From Vicugna vicugna (taxonomy: Eukaryota): a stretch of 64,000 nt of DNA. The translations under genes were made by a program, and so were the position numbers. The stretch is from positions 2,266,244 through 2,330,243 of the forward strand of contig MU058252.1 in assembly GCA_013265495.1 (NCBI GenBank), read 5' to 3'. This document shows, piece by piece, positions 36,521-49,074 of this stretch (its first letter is position 1; the number at the start of each line of letters is the position of its first letter). The notes under the pieces are model-generated. The model made no database searches. It saw only the letters and a list, made by a program, of their open reading frames with translations, and was not told the origin of the DNA.

Positions 36521-37565
36521 GGAATCGGCTGGAAGTCTGTGTGGATATCTGTTGTTAATTGCATGGTGCTATGGATCTTAAGGAAAGAATTCGATCTGTC
36601 TGTGTTTACAAGTTGGTTTCTCTTTGCTTTTTCTTTTTCTTTCTGTTTCCTTTCGGTCTCCTTTAAGACTCGGGGAAGATACTGTTCCAGGCTCTTTTTC
36701 TCCCCCTCCTACCTGTCCCTGGAATCTACATTGTGGCCGCCTGAGGGGTCCCTTCGCTCACGTGCCTCCACTCCTCACTTCTCCAGCGCTCCCCACCAGC
36801 GCTGGGAGTGGTGGTGGTGGTGATTTACTTTTCAGAAAAATAAAATAAAATAAACGCACTAGCATCAAGGCCCAATCCCCTGTCCCAGGGCCCAGCACAG
36901 TTTTTGCTGATGGGGGTCAGGCCCTGTTTCCCCCACACCTAGCCTTGGACTGGCAACAACGTTAGACAACGTTGGCTGAAAACTTCTCCTGGAGCATGTT
37001 TCCTACTCTTCTCAGGGCTGGAAGCCTGGGTTTCAAAGGTTGGCTTTGCATATCACCTTAGTAACTGATGACTCAAACAGGAGGGGGGCGGGCTGCGAGG
37101 ATGGATGAGGTCAGCCACCTGTGTTGATCCCTTTCAGCTATTCAGAGGGCCAGGGAGGACCAGGAGGAGAGGAAACTGATGTGACTGAAACCTTCTCTTC
37201 CCAGAAAAAAAGAGAAAAATCCCAGACAGGCTTTCAGACAGGCAGGCAGGGCCTGCCCCTGGAGTTATGTTGGCTGTGTTGGGTTGTAGAGCTCACGGCA
37301 TGTACCTTTGAGAGTTTCCCACCTGGGGACACCTGGGCACAGGTATTTACACAGCCTCTCAGATAGTCTACCTTGATGTACTTAAGGCTGTTCATGTCCC
37401 TGCACCGAGCAGAAGGTCGTGGTTATTCAACATGTCCTGCATGTACTGCACCAAGCAGAAAGTCATGGTTATTCAGCATGTCCTGCCTTGGGGTTTGTTT
37501 TGTTGTGTTGATGGAGGGTGTGGAGACTGTGACAAAGATGACAAAAGTTTGTGAGAGATGTAGTT

Positions 37566-37630
37566 TGTGTGTGCGTGTGTGTGTGTGAGCTCATGCGCAC
37601 GCACGCGCGCGCGCACACACACACACACAC
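37566..37630. repeat. Compound (TG)n - TGAGCTCA - (CG)n(CA)n repeat
   Basis: Read directly. Confidence 0.9.
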
Positions 37631-38324
37631 CCTGTTAATCAGATCTTGTGTGAGATTTTCTTCTTTTGGATTATTTCCAGACTCCTCTGGTTACACGAAG
37701 AGATATCAGAGAGATGTCCCTCACTGCAGTGGGTCAGGTCCTGAGGGAAAGGCATGAATTCTCAGGCTCGAGAAATTAGAATCTTTGAGGAGGGGTTTCA
37801 TTGGGACTGTTGAAAAATTCTGGAGAATTGAAACTACTGAGAATCTCAGGGAGGACAATTGAGCTGCAATGCAGACAGAAATGATGCACTTTTTGCCTTA
37901 AATCTGACTTAAAACCGTTGGATTGTGTTATGCTTGGAGAGAGAACAATGAGCAGTTTCTTCTTAACAGGCTCTAGGTGTCGCTAGGAGAAAGGAAAGGA
38001 AAGGCGAGAGTTCCTGAATTTTGTTTCAGATGATCTCCACCCATCTTTTTTGTTTTTATTTTTTTCATCTTAAGCTTAAAGCATATTTTCCTTCTTTTCA
38101 GTTTGACATACATCTAGAACTGTTTCTCAGATAAGCAAAAGGATTGTACTGAGAAACGAATTGTGAATTAACATTTGCAAATGATTTCTGTTGAAATGAC
38201 TCTGAACAGTTTATCTGTCTTAAATTCATAAACTCTTGACATCAATTTTTTTTCCCGGAAAATACAGAAAATGTGTGTGTGTGTAGGTATAAATATAGTG
38301 TATATGTCCTTAGTACCCTTATGA

Positions 38325-38325
<1 letters not shown>

Positions 38326-38358
<33 letters not shown>
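38326..38358. repeat. (TA)n microsatellite, one interruption
   Basis: Read directly. Confidence 0.9.
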
Positions 38359-38359
<1 letters not shown>

Positions 38360-38768
38360 TTAAAATGTATGATTAAACCAATGAGACAGGGCTAAATACA
38401 GCATCAGTTTCTTGAAAACTTTTATTTGCTTCTCTCAGAAAAAATATTCAAAATGGAAAAAGTTATAACCAAAAATTTACTGAAAGATAGATGTATGTAT
38501 TAAACAGATTACTTTTCCTCCCAGAGCAAGGGCTACAATTTGCTTAAGATAGGAGTTTAGTACTAGCTAAAGAAAGTAGATATGAAAACTGCTTTTCTGA
38601 TACCAGTCCTTGTCAAGATTAAAGAATTCTGCTACCCAAATTTAAACCCGAAGATATACAACTAATTAGAACACACTGCATATTATTCTAATTGCATATT
38701 ATTCTGTGTACCTTGGTGCATCCAGGTAAGCACTTACTTAAGCAGTTGGACGTCCCCGCGGCACAGCG

Positions 38769-38789
38769 GGAGCTGTCCGAGGTTCTGAC
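38769..38789 (-). promoter_or_regulatory. RE1/NRSE (REST-binding) element
   Basis: Minus strand GTCAGAACCTCGGACAGCTCC versus consensus TTCAGCACCACGGACAGCGCC: 17/21, canonical 2-nt spacer, intact GGACAG. Confidence 0.75.
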
Positions 38790-41700
38790 GTGTCTTCTGC
38801 AGTAGCGCACAGGAAATCTCCAGCACTTCTTTCTAGAGTTTCAGCACTAAGGTTGGTGGTGTTATGGCTCTTCTGTGGCTTGTCGGTCGGGGAAAGCTGC
38901 TCCATGGAACAGAAGCAGCTTTCCCACCTTAGTCACTGAGATGATGGTGAGGAGCATACCTTTCAAATCCAGTGAGCTTTGTGCCTCGTCCTTCCGCCTG
39001 GAAAGGGGGAAGTAAAATGTTGTTCTTGACCGCTGTGTGTGTGTACACACACATGCCTGAATGTGACTGAGAATGGGTAGTTCTTCACAAAGCAAAACTG
39101 AAAGTAGTCACCAGGTCTAGAAGAGATGAGTCAAATGCAGAGGTTGCGTGGCGGGTGACCGGGAATACATTGCCTGTCTGCACCAAAGACACGTGCAAGG
39201 ACCTCTCTGCTGTGTAGTACCACAGAAAAGCCTGTTTTGGGGTGGGTCAATTTTAAGATGTGAAGTTTAACTTTGAAATAGAAACAAAGCCAGAGTGCTT
39301 TTTCTATTGAAATTTTCTCATCAATCTTAGATTTATTAAAATATAAAGTCGATGACTTGGAAAGCCCCTCTGAGGAATCAATAGCCATTCTGATTTAAAA
39401 TTCACTGTGTAGGTTTAAAAATAAGTTGACTCTTAAAGAAAGCTTTGCTGGGAGTGACTTTTAATGGAATTTAGTAACTTCCAATAGGAATTAACTTCCA
39501 CTAATTTTAAAACATTGAACTTCGTCATGCCCCTGCTAGAGCATTTCCTTTTGATTTCTTGAAGAACTTTGGAGGCCTTGGATAACTGTCAGGGCAGTCG
39601 TCTTGTTGGGGCCATGTCAGCATGTTCCTATATTCTTCACTTTTGGTGACACATGATTTCCTAACAATGCAAATGTGATGACAGCAGGATTTTGAAACAG
39701 CAAAATTAACCAAAACAGGGTTAGAGCCAAAAAAGCACTGCCTGCGATGTCTGTCAGCTTATGAAGTATCTCATCTTCCTGTAGGTCTGCAGCAACCAGC
39801 ATTTCTACTTTCTCTCCACCTTGATATTTCACTGGTATGATGTCAGCATTCTGTTAATTCCTCCTGGAAATTTACCAACTTTAATCTTTTTTTAAGTAAC
39901 TTGGCTCCGCAAAATTGTTCATATACCCTGTTACTTTCTTCTGCTCCAATTTTAAATGCTTTTTAAAGTATTTAATATCACTTTCTCTTCCTAATATTGG
40001 AGAAAATCTACAACTTTCAACTGTCATCTTGATGCCATTGCTCTCAGGACTAATTTGACGCTGGTCAGTGTAACTCACCTACAGAGGAGCTATGGGATGT
40101 CACGGGGTCGTTCAGAGCTTTCAGCTTCTCAATCAAGTCGTCTAAAACTGATTCCACTAACTTGTTACAACGAACCTTTTTTCCTTATTTAGCTTGGTGG
40201 CAAATGTGCATTCCTACTGTCTTCACTGCAGAAACTGCACACACAGTGTCATCAGTGTCCTCTTAATTACTCAGTATAAAGTGCCTGGTTCCTCTTTAGT
40301 CTTTGTTGTCTTAGCTTTCGCTCTTGATGGCTACTGCCCTGCCCGTCACACCTTGGTATCGTGTGTCTTTCATGCTGCCACGTGAATTCGCACCCTGTCT
40401 CTCTCTGACCTTGGCCTTTGAATCCTTTGGTAACATCACTTTTCCTTCCCCCTTTCAATGCAGGAGGCTGGGAGAACCTACACTCCCAAGGTTTGGTCTC
40501 TACTGTTCTCCTCTTTCCCTTTCATGGTCTCCTCCTAAGATAAATTAGAGATTGGATACATTAGAATGAAGATAAAGGAGGCTGGGTGTATTTTGCAGCG
40601 TCTGTATTTGAAGATGGCTAATGTAGCTTTATTACTCTGATATACATCTCCCAGCATTGCTTCTGAAGATCGTTTGCTTTTCTATTTTATAGAATTAGAA
40701 AGTTGTAGAACTGGAAGGACCCTGGCGATCACCTCCGTGATCTTTCTTCCCAGCTCTTGTTCCACATGCCAAGCAGCTAGGCACTAGATCATTGCTGGGG
40801 TGGTGACAAGATATTCACATGGAATATATCCGTAACTTTCCCCTTCTCTTCACATCTGCTTATTCTAGATAACTTTCTGCCAAATCTCCTTGTATCTACT
40901 TCTAGGATTGCTGTTTCTTCCATCTCCTAGCACTGCATACAGTATGTAAGCACGTACTGTTACATTTTCTCAGTATCTTGTAACGTTTCACTAGATAAGC
41001 TTTGAGGTATCCTTATGGGTGTACTGCCGTATAAGACTGTATCAGGGTTCCCTGCTGGGTACAATGTCTTCCTCCTGAAAGTTTATTTTCTGCACTTCAG
41101 AACATGTGTTAAACACATAAGAACTGTTTACCATCTAAAACGGTCACTCTGTCAGTGTTTTCGTAAAGTATTGTTAACAAAATGATACAAAATGTTGCTT
41201 ACTGTCTCAGCACAGAGCATGGAGTCATCATTGGGAAGCTGTCTATATGTCACGAGGAAGTAAGGCTGGTGACATAAACAAAGATTCAGTGCTAGCTGAC
41301 TGATGGGTGGAGCCAAGTACAGCACCAGAAAGATCTTGTCTGTGCTTTGCACCTGTATCTTTTTAAAGCACCGCTATATGTATCCCATGTCACCTTCTTG
41401 GTGACCTTGGCTAGGGAGGAAACCCATAACAAAGAGCTAATCTGTTGGCTTGAAAAATTAATAAGGGGAAGCCTAATTTTTTTCATTTGGATGGGTCAGC
41501 TGTCAACTGTGAATCATAGCAAACAAATGTCAATGTGTTAACAAGCCTCCATTCTCTAGAGTCAGCCCCAAAAGGACATGTTTGCTTAAAGCCAAATTTG
41601 TTTGTGGAAGGTGACTATTATGCCTGCTCAGTGGATTTGCATTCTGGGTGGCCGTAAGACAGTTTGAAGTGGGAATGACAGCCTACTTTATATGGCATGC

Positions 41701-43052
41701 TTTTTTTTATTCCTGCCAGTGTACACTTCTAAATAATTTACTTGTATATGTTACCTGTAGATTTAAGGAGGTCTGAAGCATGAGGATAACATAGTATCCA
41801 TTTATATTTTTGACAATGGAATCAACTTGTTTTCCCACATGAGATTAATATTCTAGTATCACTAGGTCTACAGGAATTTCTCTAGATGTTGGCTTTGGAC
41901 ATTTTTTCTTCATAAAATAGAGCTTTTTATATCATACCCCAGGCTTTTTCTCCTTTAGAGTCAGAATGATTAATGAGTTTAATTTTTGCAAGCAACTGGC
42001 AGGAGTTGCTGAGTAAGATGTACATGCTGATTGTGTGTAACCCTGATCCTTTTAATTACTCTGATGATAACAATGCATTTATCAAGTGCATATGGAATGC
42101 TTCTGTGCAATATACCGTATTGATCTCTTTCCTAGAGCATTGCCTATAAAGATAATGTGTACAGTAATCCTTTTCAAATTAAATTCTGTCTAATAAATTT
42201 AGTGTTAAGGGCATTGAGTGCCCATGTGCCATCTTATGATTTGCTTCCATTTTAAGCACATTGGTTTGATTTTATGTACATGTTAGGAAAAAAACACTCA
42301 GCCTTTCTGGTTAATGACTTTGGAACATTTATCTTCAGAATGATCTAGCACTGTGAAATGATCTGAAATAGAACATTTAAAAATTTGATAGCATCTAATT
42401 TTACAAATGAGAAGGCTACAAGTCATTACGTGAATAATATTCGGCAAATCACCGGTGTTCTCTGGACCTCAGAGAAACTCAGCCTTCTCTTCTGTCCTGT
42501 GTTCTTCTCAGTATTCACTGTGGTACAGTTATTAACTGGAGGAATTAATTATATCACAGAACTTTAAAAGTATGAACATTATGAAGTAAAACAGTCTAAA
42601 TGATTTTGGGTTCTAAATGGCTTTGCTAATTGCCAAGGGGAAGGACAGACGATTCTGCCCTGCGTTGGTTTCCCTGATGGTTTTACTTCTTTTTCTTCTG
42701 TGTATGTATTTTTTTCTGTGTTTTCCACCGGCATTCAGATCCATGAGAAGCACAGGAAATGTTCAGTTTTGTCCCATGATTGAGGAACAGATATGGCTAA
42801 TTTTGCAGAAAGCCTGGAAGCCAGTAAGGCCCACAAGGTCCAGATGGTAGAATTCCAGGTGGTGAACGCCCTGCATCTTAGACCCTGCTTCGTACTCCAT
42901 TCCTGCTCCCCTTCTGCTCGCCTGCTCACCCTGCTTCGGTTGACAGCAGTAGGCATGGGGGATGGGCGCTGTAGATGAGCCCCTGGTGGGGACTGGGATC
43001 TGGTAGCGATGCAGGGAAGAGGGAGACCTGTGGCTACAAAGAGAATGGTTCT

Positions 43053-43373
43053 CTTCTTTATCCAGTCATCTGTCAGTGGACATTCGGGTTGTTTCCATGT
43101 CTTGGCCGTTGTAAACAATGCTGCTGTGAACCTTGGGGTGCTTGTATCTTTTAATTAGAGTTCTCTCTGGGTATATGCCCAGGAGTGGGACTGCTGGATC
43201 ACATGGTAACTCTTTTTTAGTTTTTTCAAGGAATCTCTATCCTGTTTTCCACAATGGCTGCACCAAACTGCATTCCCACCAGCAGTGTAGAAGGGTCCCC
43301 TTTGCTCCACACCCTCTCCACCATTTATTATGTGCAGACTTTTCGATGATGGCTATTCTGACTGGTGTGAGGT
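43053..43373 (-). mobile_element. L1 ORF2 C-terminal fragment without 3' UTR or tail
   Basis: Encodes FTTAKTWKQPECPLTDDWIKK; collinear with 52390-52690 of the longer L1 in this window. Confidence 0.9.
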
Positions 43374-44533
43374 CATTATATGCTATATATTGTGCACCGA
43401 ATATATTTTAAGGCGGCGTCAGCCAGAAGGGGAGCAGGAATGGAGTACGGGAGCATTGAAGATCTAGGAATAAAACAAGTTGTACAAGGGGAGAGGGGGG
43501 GAGGATAAAGCAGAAATTAGAGGTGGAAGAATGCAAGTGAGAGCTATGGGCCCCCACTTCCCCTAATCATTTTCTCCAAAACGTTTAAATTTCTAAACTA
43601 TATTCAGATCTTTTCTATGCCTCATGCAGAATGCCATCATAATTTAAAAGTGTAAAACAAAAATGAGAAACCCCTTTAAAAGTCCTGAGAGATGAAGTTA
43701 TCTCATCTCTTTTTGAAAACTTTTAGAGTTTCGTGATGTTTACAACCATGAGAGGTCGCCGACCCCAGTGTGAAGGGCTCTACGCAGCAGAGACGCGCTG
43801 CCTGTTCTGGGCTTTTTGTAGCTTCTGCGTGTCCGTCCTCAGCTCTGCTTGGCTTCCGAGGAGAGAGAGCTCAGGATCTGAAGAGGATGGGTCATGTGGT
43901 CCTGTGCCTCTTTCTTTGTATTCCTCATGCTGCCTCCAGGGTTAGACTGGCTCCCCACCCACCTTCACAGGTCTTCCCGGGAGTGTTCCTGGGGGGAATC
44001 GACCATGCTTTCAGGACACTTGCTCTGTAGTGGGACACACAGCTGCTTTCCCGGGTGAAATGTTAGGTCTCCTCCATCGTGTTCATTCTGTCTTTTCCAA
44101 TTTGCAAATGTGTGTTCCCCACACCAGGCTTGAGGGACGTGTGCTCCGGGTGAATTGCTGAGTCCGGAGTGAACCATCTGTTAGCAGCTCCATGCTCCTG
44201 TCCCCTCGCTGCAGCACGCGCTGCCGGCGAGAACAGCCCTTCGGAAGGAATAGAGCCTCAGCTGAAACTTCCATGAGGACGGTGGTTGAGGGGGGTGTGC
44301 CTGGGGGCCACCGACGCACCAGTGCAAGCGGAGCAGCGGAGCAGGGCGTCAAGGTGGCTCAGAGCTGTCACGACGGACCTCGGGCTGACTGATCGCATGG
44401 GCCTGTGTGGGTCGTTGGTGCCACTTTGAGCATCTTGTGGGCATCGCCACCTTAGAGTTCCACGTGGCCTTGCCATTGACTTTGGCTGGTGGGATGGAGT
44501 GGAACTGAGGGTAGCTCTCCTGAAATGAAGCTT

Positions 44534-44547
44534 TGTGTGTGTGCGTG

Positions 44548-44583
<36 letters not shown>
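44534..44583. repeat. (TG)n microsatellite
   Basis: Read directly. Confidence 0.95.
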
Positions 44584-44584
<1 letters not shown>

Positions 44585-44661
44585 CTTTATTATTTAAGGA
44601 AACTTTTCCATTACAGAGACAGTTGTAAATCATTTACAAATATTTGTAAAGATCATGTAAT

Positions 44662-44858
44662 CTTTTTTTAACCATTTTTTAACCTTTTTTTAATTGAAGT
44701 CTAGTCAGTTCACAATGATGTGTCAATTTCTGGTGCACAGCACCATGTTTCCGTCATCCATATACAGACATACATTCCTTTTCAGATTCTTTTTCATCAT
44801 AGTTTACTACAAGGCGTTGAGTCCAGCTCCCTGTGCTGGACAGTAGGACCTTGTTGTT
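44662..44858 (-). mobile_element. Short L1 3' end with A-rich tail
   Basis: 'ttaattgaagtctagtcagttcacaatg...ctccctgtgctggacagtaggaccttgttg'. Degenerate flanks aagatcatgtaa / aagatgctgtaa. Confidence 0.85.
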
Positions 44859-46599
44859 AAGATGCTGTAAGAGCCGGCACATGAGCTGCTGTTCTCTCTC
44901 TTTCCTTTTGCCATGGAAACTGGCAACATTTCAGGTGGCTGGTGTTCAATGGCCAAGGTGTAAGCTTAGATTGTAAACCGCTGAGACTATGCCATGACAG
45001 CATCGCCAAGCCTGAGCTGGTGGGCGCAGTGGGATGCAGTTCACGTGGGTGAGTCACTGTTCATTGTCTCGGGACCTCAATTGCATCATCATCTCTGGGC
45101 AAAGTCAGCACTTTCTAAACGACTGTGGAAGTTTCATTCTGGAGCCGTCTTCTCTGGTTCTCAAAAAGGCTGACCCAGAAATTCCCCTGGGAGGGCAACA
45201 GATGTTGGAGCACGTGAGCCTTATCAGTTCCATCTCTCCTGTCTTTGGGGAGCATGTGTGTTGGGTGACTGGAAAGGTTAAGATGGGACCCACTTCCCGA
45301 AAGACAAGTGCAGTGCTCATGGTGGGGGCAAGGGAGGGGCTGGGCAGTAGGAGGAATAGACAGATGGATAGTAAGGACGGAATGATGGAAGCCAGCGTGG
45401 CGGCCTTCAGAGTGTTAAGGGTCAGCCTTAGAGACGGGCTTTCTGGGCTTTTGACTGGAGGCCTTACAAGTCAGAAAAGTAGAGCGTCAGAGTGTCGCAC
45501 AGGGGCAAAGCTCAGGTCCTGAGTCTGTGTCCTGAGTGTACACCCTGCCCTTGTTTCACGTGGATGCAGGACCCCCTTCCGCGTGGAATCTGCCTGCACC
45601 GGGGTGTGGGACTGAAGAGTCCGTGTCCCCGTCCAAATCACAGGGACAGTCAGGAGCACCCGCTGTGGCCCGGAACGCTCTCCCTCCGGCAGCGTCCGGC
45701 CCACAACCGGCTCATCTCCGCTGCGTATGCGGAAGGGTGTCTTGGGTCTTCTCTTCTTTTTTCCTGGATTTTTACTTGCTCTGCATGGATGGAAAATCCA
45801 GTCTGCGTGGCTGGTTGTCCGTTCCGGGAGGGGGCGCCACTGTTTCTGCAGGAACCGGAGCCGACCGTGCCGGGAGGGGCGTCTGGTCCCGGGTCAGGCG
45901 CCGCCTCGGGGCGCGCCTTCATCCGTCGCTTCCTCCGCCGCCCTGCGGCTCCGCCGAGGTCCTGTCGTCGGAGGCTCTCCTCTCCGCAGGTGCAGGGGGC
46001 GGGCTGGGGCGGAAGCCTAGGGCCCTGCGTGGCCTCCCGTGATCTGCAGACCTGCTGCCTCCGCGCCAGCGGGCCCTTCCTTTCATCGCAACGGCAGGGA
46101 ACGCTCCGTCTCGCCTTCTCCGCTCTCGGGGTCGATCGCAGCGTCTCTGACGCAGAGGAGGACTTGGGTGGCCCTTTCTGGCCGCTGGCGCCTACCACGT
46201 CCTCGTACAGACACCTGAGACGCGTTCTCCTGCTCTGACAGGCACCCGGGAACAGTTGCCGCCCTTGTCCTCTTGCCCCGTCCAATCCGTCCTGCTGTAA
46301 GGCCAGTCCACGTCCTTGTGTTCTGACCTCACTACTGCCAGTGGCTCTCCAAGGTGTCCCTGCCCCAGGTCAGGGCCCCCTGGGCTACTCCTACGCAGGG
46401 AACCGAGCGAGGGCCCCTCTCTTCCCTTGGCAAACGCCGAGGTTCCTGTAATGACCTGAAGGCCCTGCACGAGCTGCATTTGCATTGGCTGTTCCCTCTG
46501 CCCAAACACCCTTCCCTCATGCCCTTCGGGTCTTTGCACTTTCTCAGTGGTCCACACTGCCCACCCTGTTCAGAGTTGCAGTTTGCCCCGCCCATCATC

Positions 46600-46820
46600 C
46601 CGATGTTCCCTGCCCTGCTCTGCTCTCTCTCTTACCACGACCTTCATCGCTTCCAGTATATTGTACAGTTTTCTGATTATGCTTGTTTTATGTATGTCCC
46701 TCCCTTAGCATATCCCCTGACTCGTGTCAGGATCTTTGGCTGATTGCGCTGACATACGCAGGTGCCCAGTACAGTGCCTGAAGCAGCCAAGGTGCTTAAT
46801 AAGGACTTGTTGAAGGAAAG
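46600..46820 (+). mobile_element. L2 3'-end fragment
   Basis: 'gtgcccagtacagtgcctg...ggtgcttaataaggacttgttgaa'. Confidence 0.55.
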
Positions 46821-47203
46821 GGCGAAAGATTGGTGTCCCCCCCAAAAAAGTCTCTGCTCACCTCTATCTGAACAATCACAGTGCCCTTAACTGAGCTCTC
46901 CGGACTTGCTTTTTTAGAATGGAAAGAGCTCTGAAATCAGAACTCTGAAACTTGCAAGTGTCTGTGTTAGATTCTCTTCTTTTCAGGACTTCATTTTTGT
47001 TTGATTCTGAGCAGGCCCTTCCTGATGGTCTAACGTGAGTCCACAGCTGAGAAGAAAAGCTAGTTGTTAGGGAAACAGTGGAATTTACTTTTGCAGGACC
47101 TGCTTCAAATGTGGACTATTTAGCATTTAAAATATTTTATCTGAGTTCGGACATAAATCTGACTTAAATTGAATTTTCTGTGTACAACTGTTTCCGCCGA
47201 CTC

Positions 47204-47222
47204 TGTGTGTGTGTGTGTGTGT
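47204..47222. repeat. Short (TG)n repeat
   Basis: Read directly. Confidence 0.9.
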
Positions 47223-49074
47223 TTATCGGCGAAAGCAATCCCATTAGGGAAAATACAAATGTGTGAGAAGAAGCGGTTTCTGTAAACACAGCAATGGGTT
47301 TAAGTTGTGTGAGATTAGTTGCATTACCTGATTCTCAGTTTAAGTGGAAGGAGAAGGTCACAGCTTCGTTCTCCACGGTACTGCGGCCATTGTATTATCT
47401 GCCAGGTAGAAAGTCCAGTCAGAATGTTCTTGATCATTAGAGGAAAACTAAAGTTCTCAGACCAAAGTGCACAGACTCCGATGGGGAAAAAAGGGTCCTG
47501 GACTCTGTAATCCACCTGAAGCTGCCCGCGGCCCCAGAGCTCCCTCCGGCAGACATTTTTCTGCTGCCACAGTCAGAGCTGTCTGGTGCTGAGGATGGAG
47601 CTGGCCCGGGAGGCGGCACCTCTGGGCGGGATCCTGACGTACCTGTCTCTGCGCGTCTGCGACACGGCCCGGCCACGCTCCCCACCGGAGGCTGTCTCAA
47701 GGCTGGAATAAGGCTTTGATTCGAGACTCCTTAAATAAATTATGCAAAATAAAGACTTGCCGTTCCGTCCTCTGTGGCCAGCCGGAGTTGGAGTGCAGAC
47801 GTGTGTTGTGGGCCCTCTTACACCCGCACCAGACCTGTTTGACAAGGCTGGAGGAGACGCGCCAGACCCTCCCTTTTGGATGTGGTCCGTGTCACGGGCA
47901 GCACTTGGAACGGGTCGTCAGGGACCCGCAGCAGGCTCCATCCTTCATCTGAAGGCTTGCTAATGAGCATGTGTAGTTCCAGATCTGTCGAATGATGCCA
48001 GAGTGCATGCAATTAGATAAAGATAATGCGACAGATAATAAGGAGGTGCATAGCCCTGGACTGTCCGCTCTCTGACCACTGGATTGAAAGAGCGAAGTGC
48101 CTCGGAACCCATAAGGCCTGGAGACTCACAAAAGCCTATTTTCTGCTGTCATTACATTTAGAGTATCAATGTATTAGTGTTGCAGAGTTTCAAAGCTCAG
48201 CACCCTGGTTCAAGTCCGGGGGGGCGAGGTGGGTGGTGCACCATGCAAACCGGCTCACACATACCGCACCTGGCTCCCAGCGCTGGAGGGGACCCAGTGA
48301 GCCCCGGACCCCTGCAGAGCTGCCCGCAGAGCAGCCTGGGCCCCGTTGCATCCGCCGCCCTCCCTTTCTGTCTCTGAGCATCAGGCCGTGTGACTGCAGG
48401 GCCCAGGGATGGCCCCAGAGCCATCACATCAGCCTCTCCCCATCGGGGCACGGTCACATGCTGATGGTCCAGGACACACAGGTGGCCCTAGGAGGAGGAA
48501 GGAGGCCATGGGGTATGTGGGCAGGGGTCCAGAGGGCGGAACCTCAGAGAGGACAGCAGAGCTCAGCCCAGCATGCAGAAACGGGTTCTGGGAGCTTGCG
48601 GTGAATGGGATCCAGCCAGGAAGGTCAGACATCTCCGTCGGAGAGCATGACTTCAGTCCCCTGTCAGCCGGAGCGTCCATTTAACTGGCTCCTGGGAACC
48701 AGGCCCCAGGCCTTAGGTGGAATTTGTTGTGATTTTCAAACTCTGCTTCTCTGAGTTGTGTGTTCCTGATCGGGGCCACCAAGGGTGGGGGTGGGGATGG
48801 GGTGGAGCCACAGAACTGGGGTCCCCTCCTTAAAGCAACTGTGCCTTTAGAATATTTCACTTGTATGTACAACTTCACGTGAAAAAGGGATGTTGGTGTA
48901 ACTGAGCTCTTGGGTAACGGCCTAATTATTCAATTAACTCAAGCAGGATTTCGTAATGACTGGCATCCACCCAGCACCATTGTCACAGGACGCAGGCCTG
49001 GACCTTTGTTTGACGGTCCCGCTGTGGGCAGGGCGTCACGGTGGGCGGTGTGCCGGCCACGGGCTCAGACCACC

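Noticed and set aside
36264..36581. Extension of the DPP6 ORF to 183 aa
   Set aside because: DPP6 similarity stops at the GTAAGA donor; the remainder is intron read-through.
37428..37483. p53-like CATG half-sites
   Set aside because: Half-sites are imperfect and not correctly spaced as a full response element.
45492..46285. 248-aa (+) and 211-aa (-) ORFs
   Set aside because: Low-complexity products of a GC-rich patch; no family resemblance.
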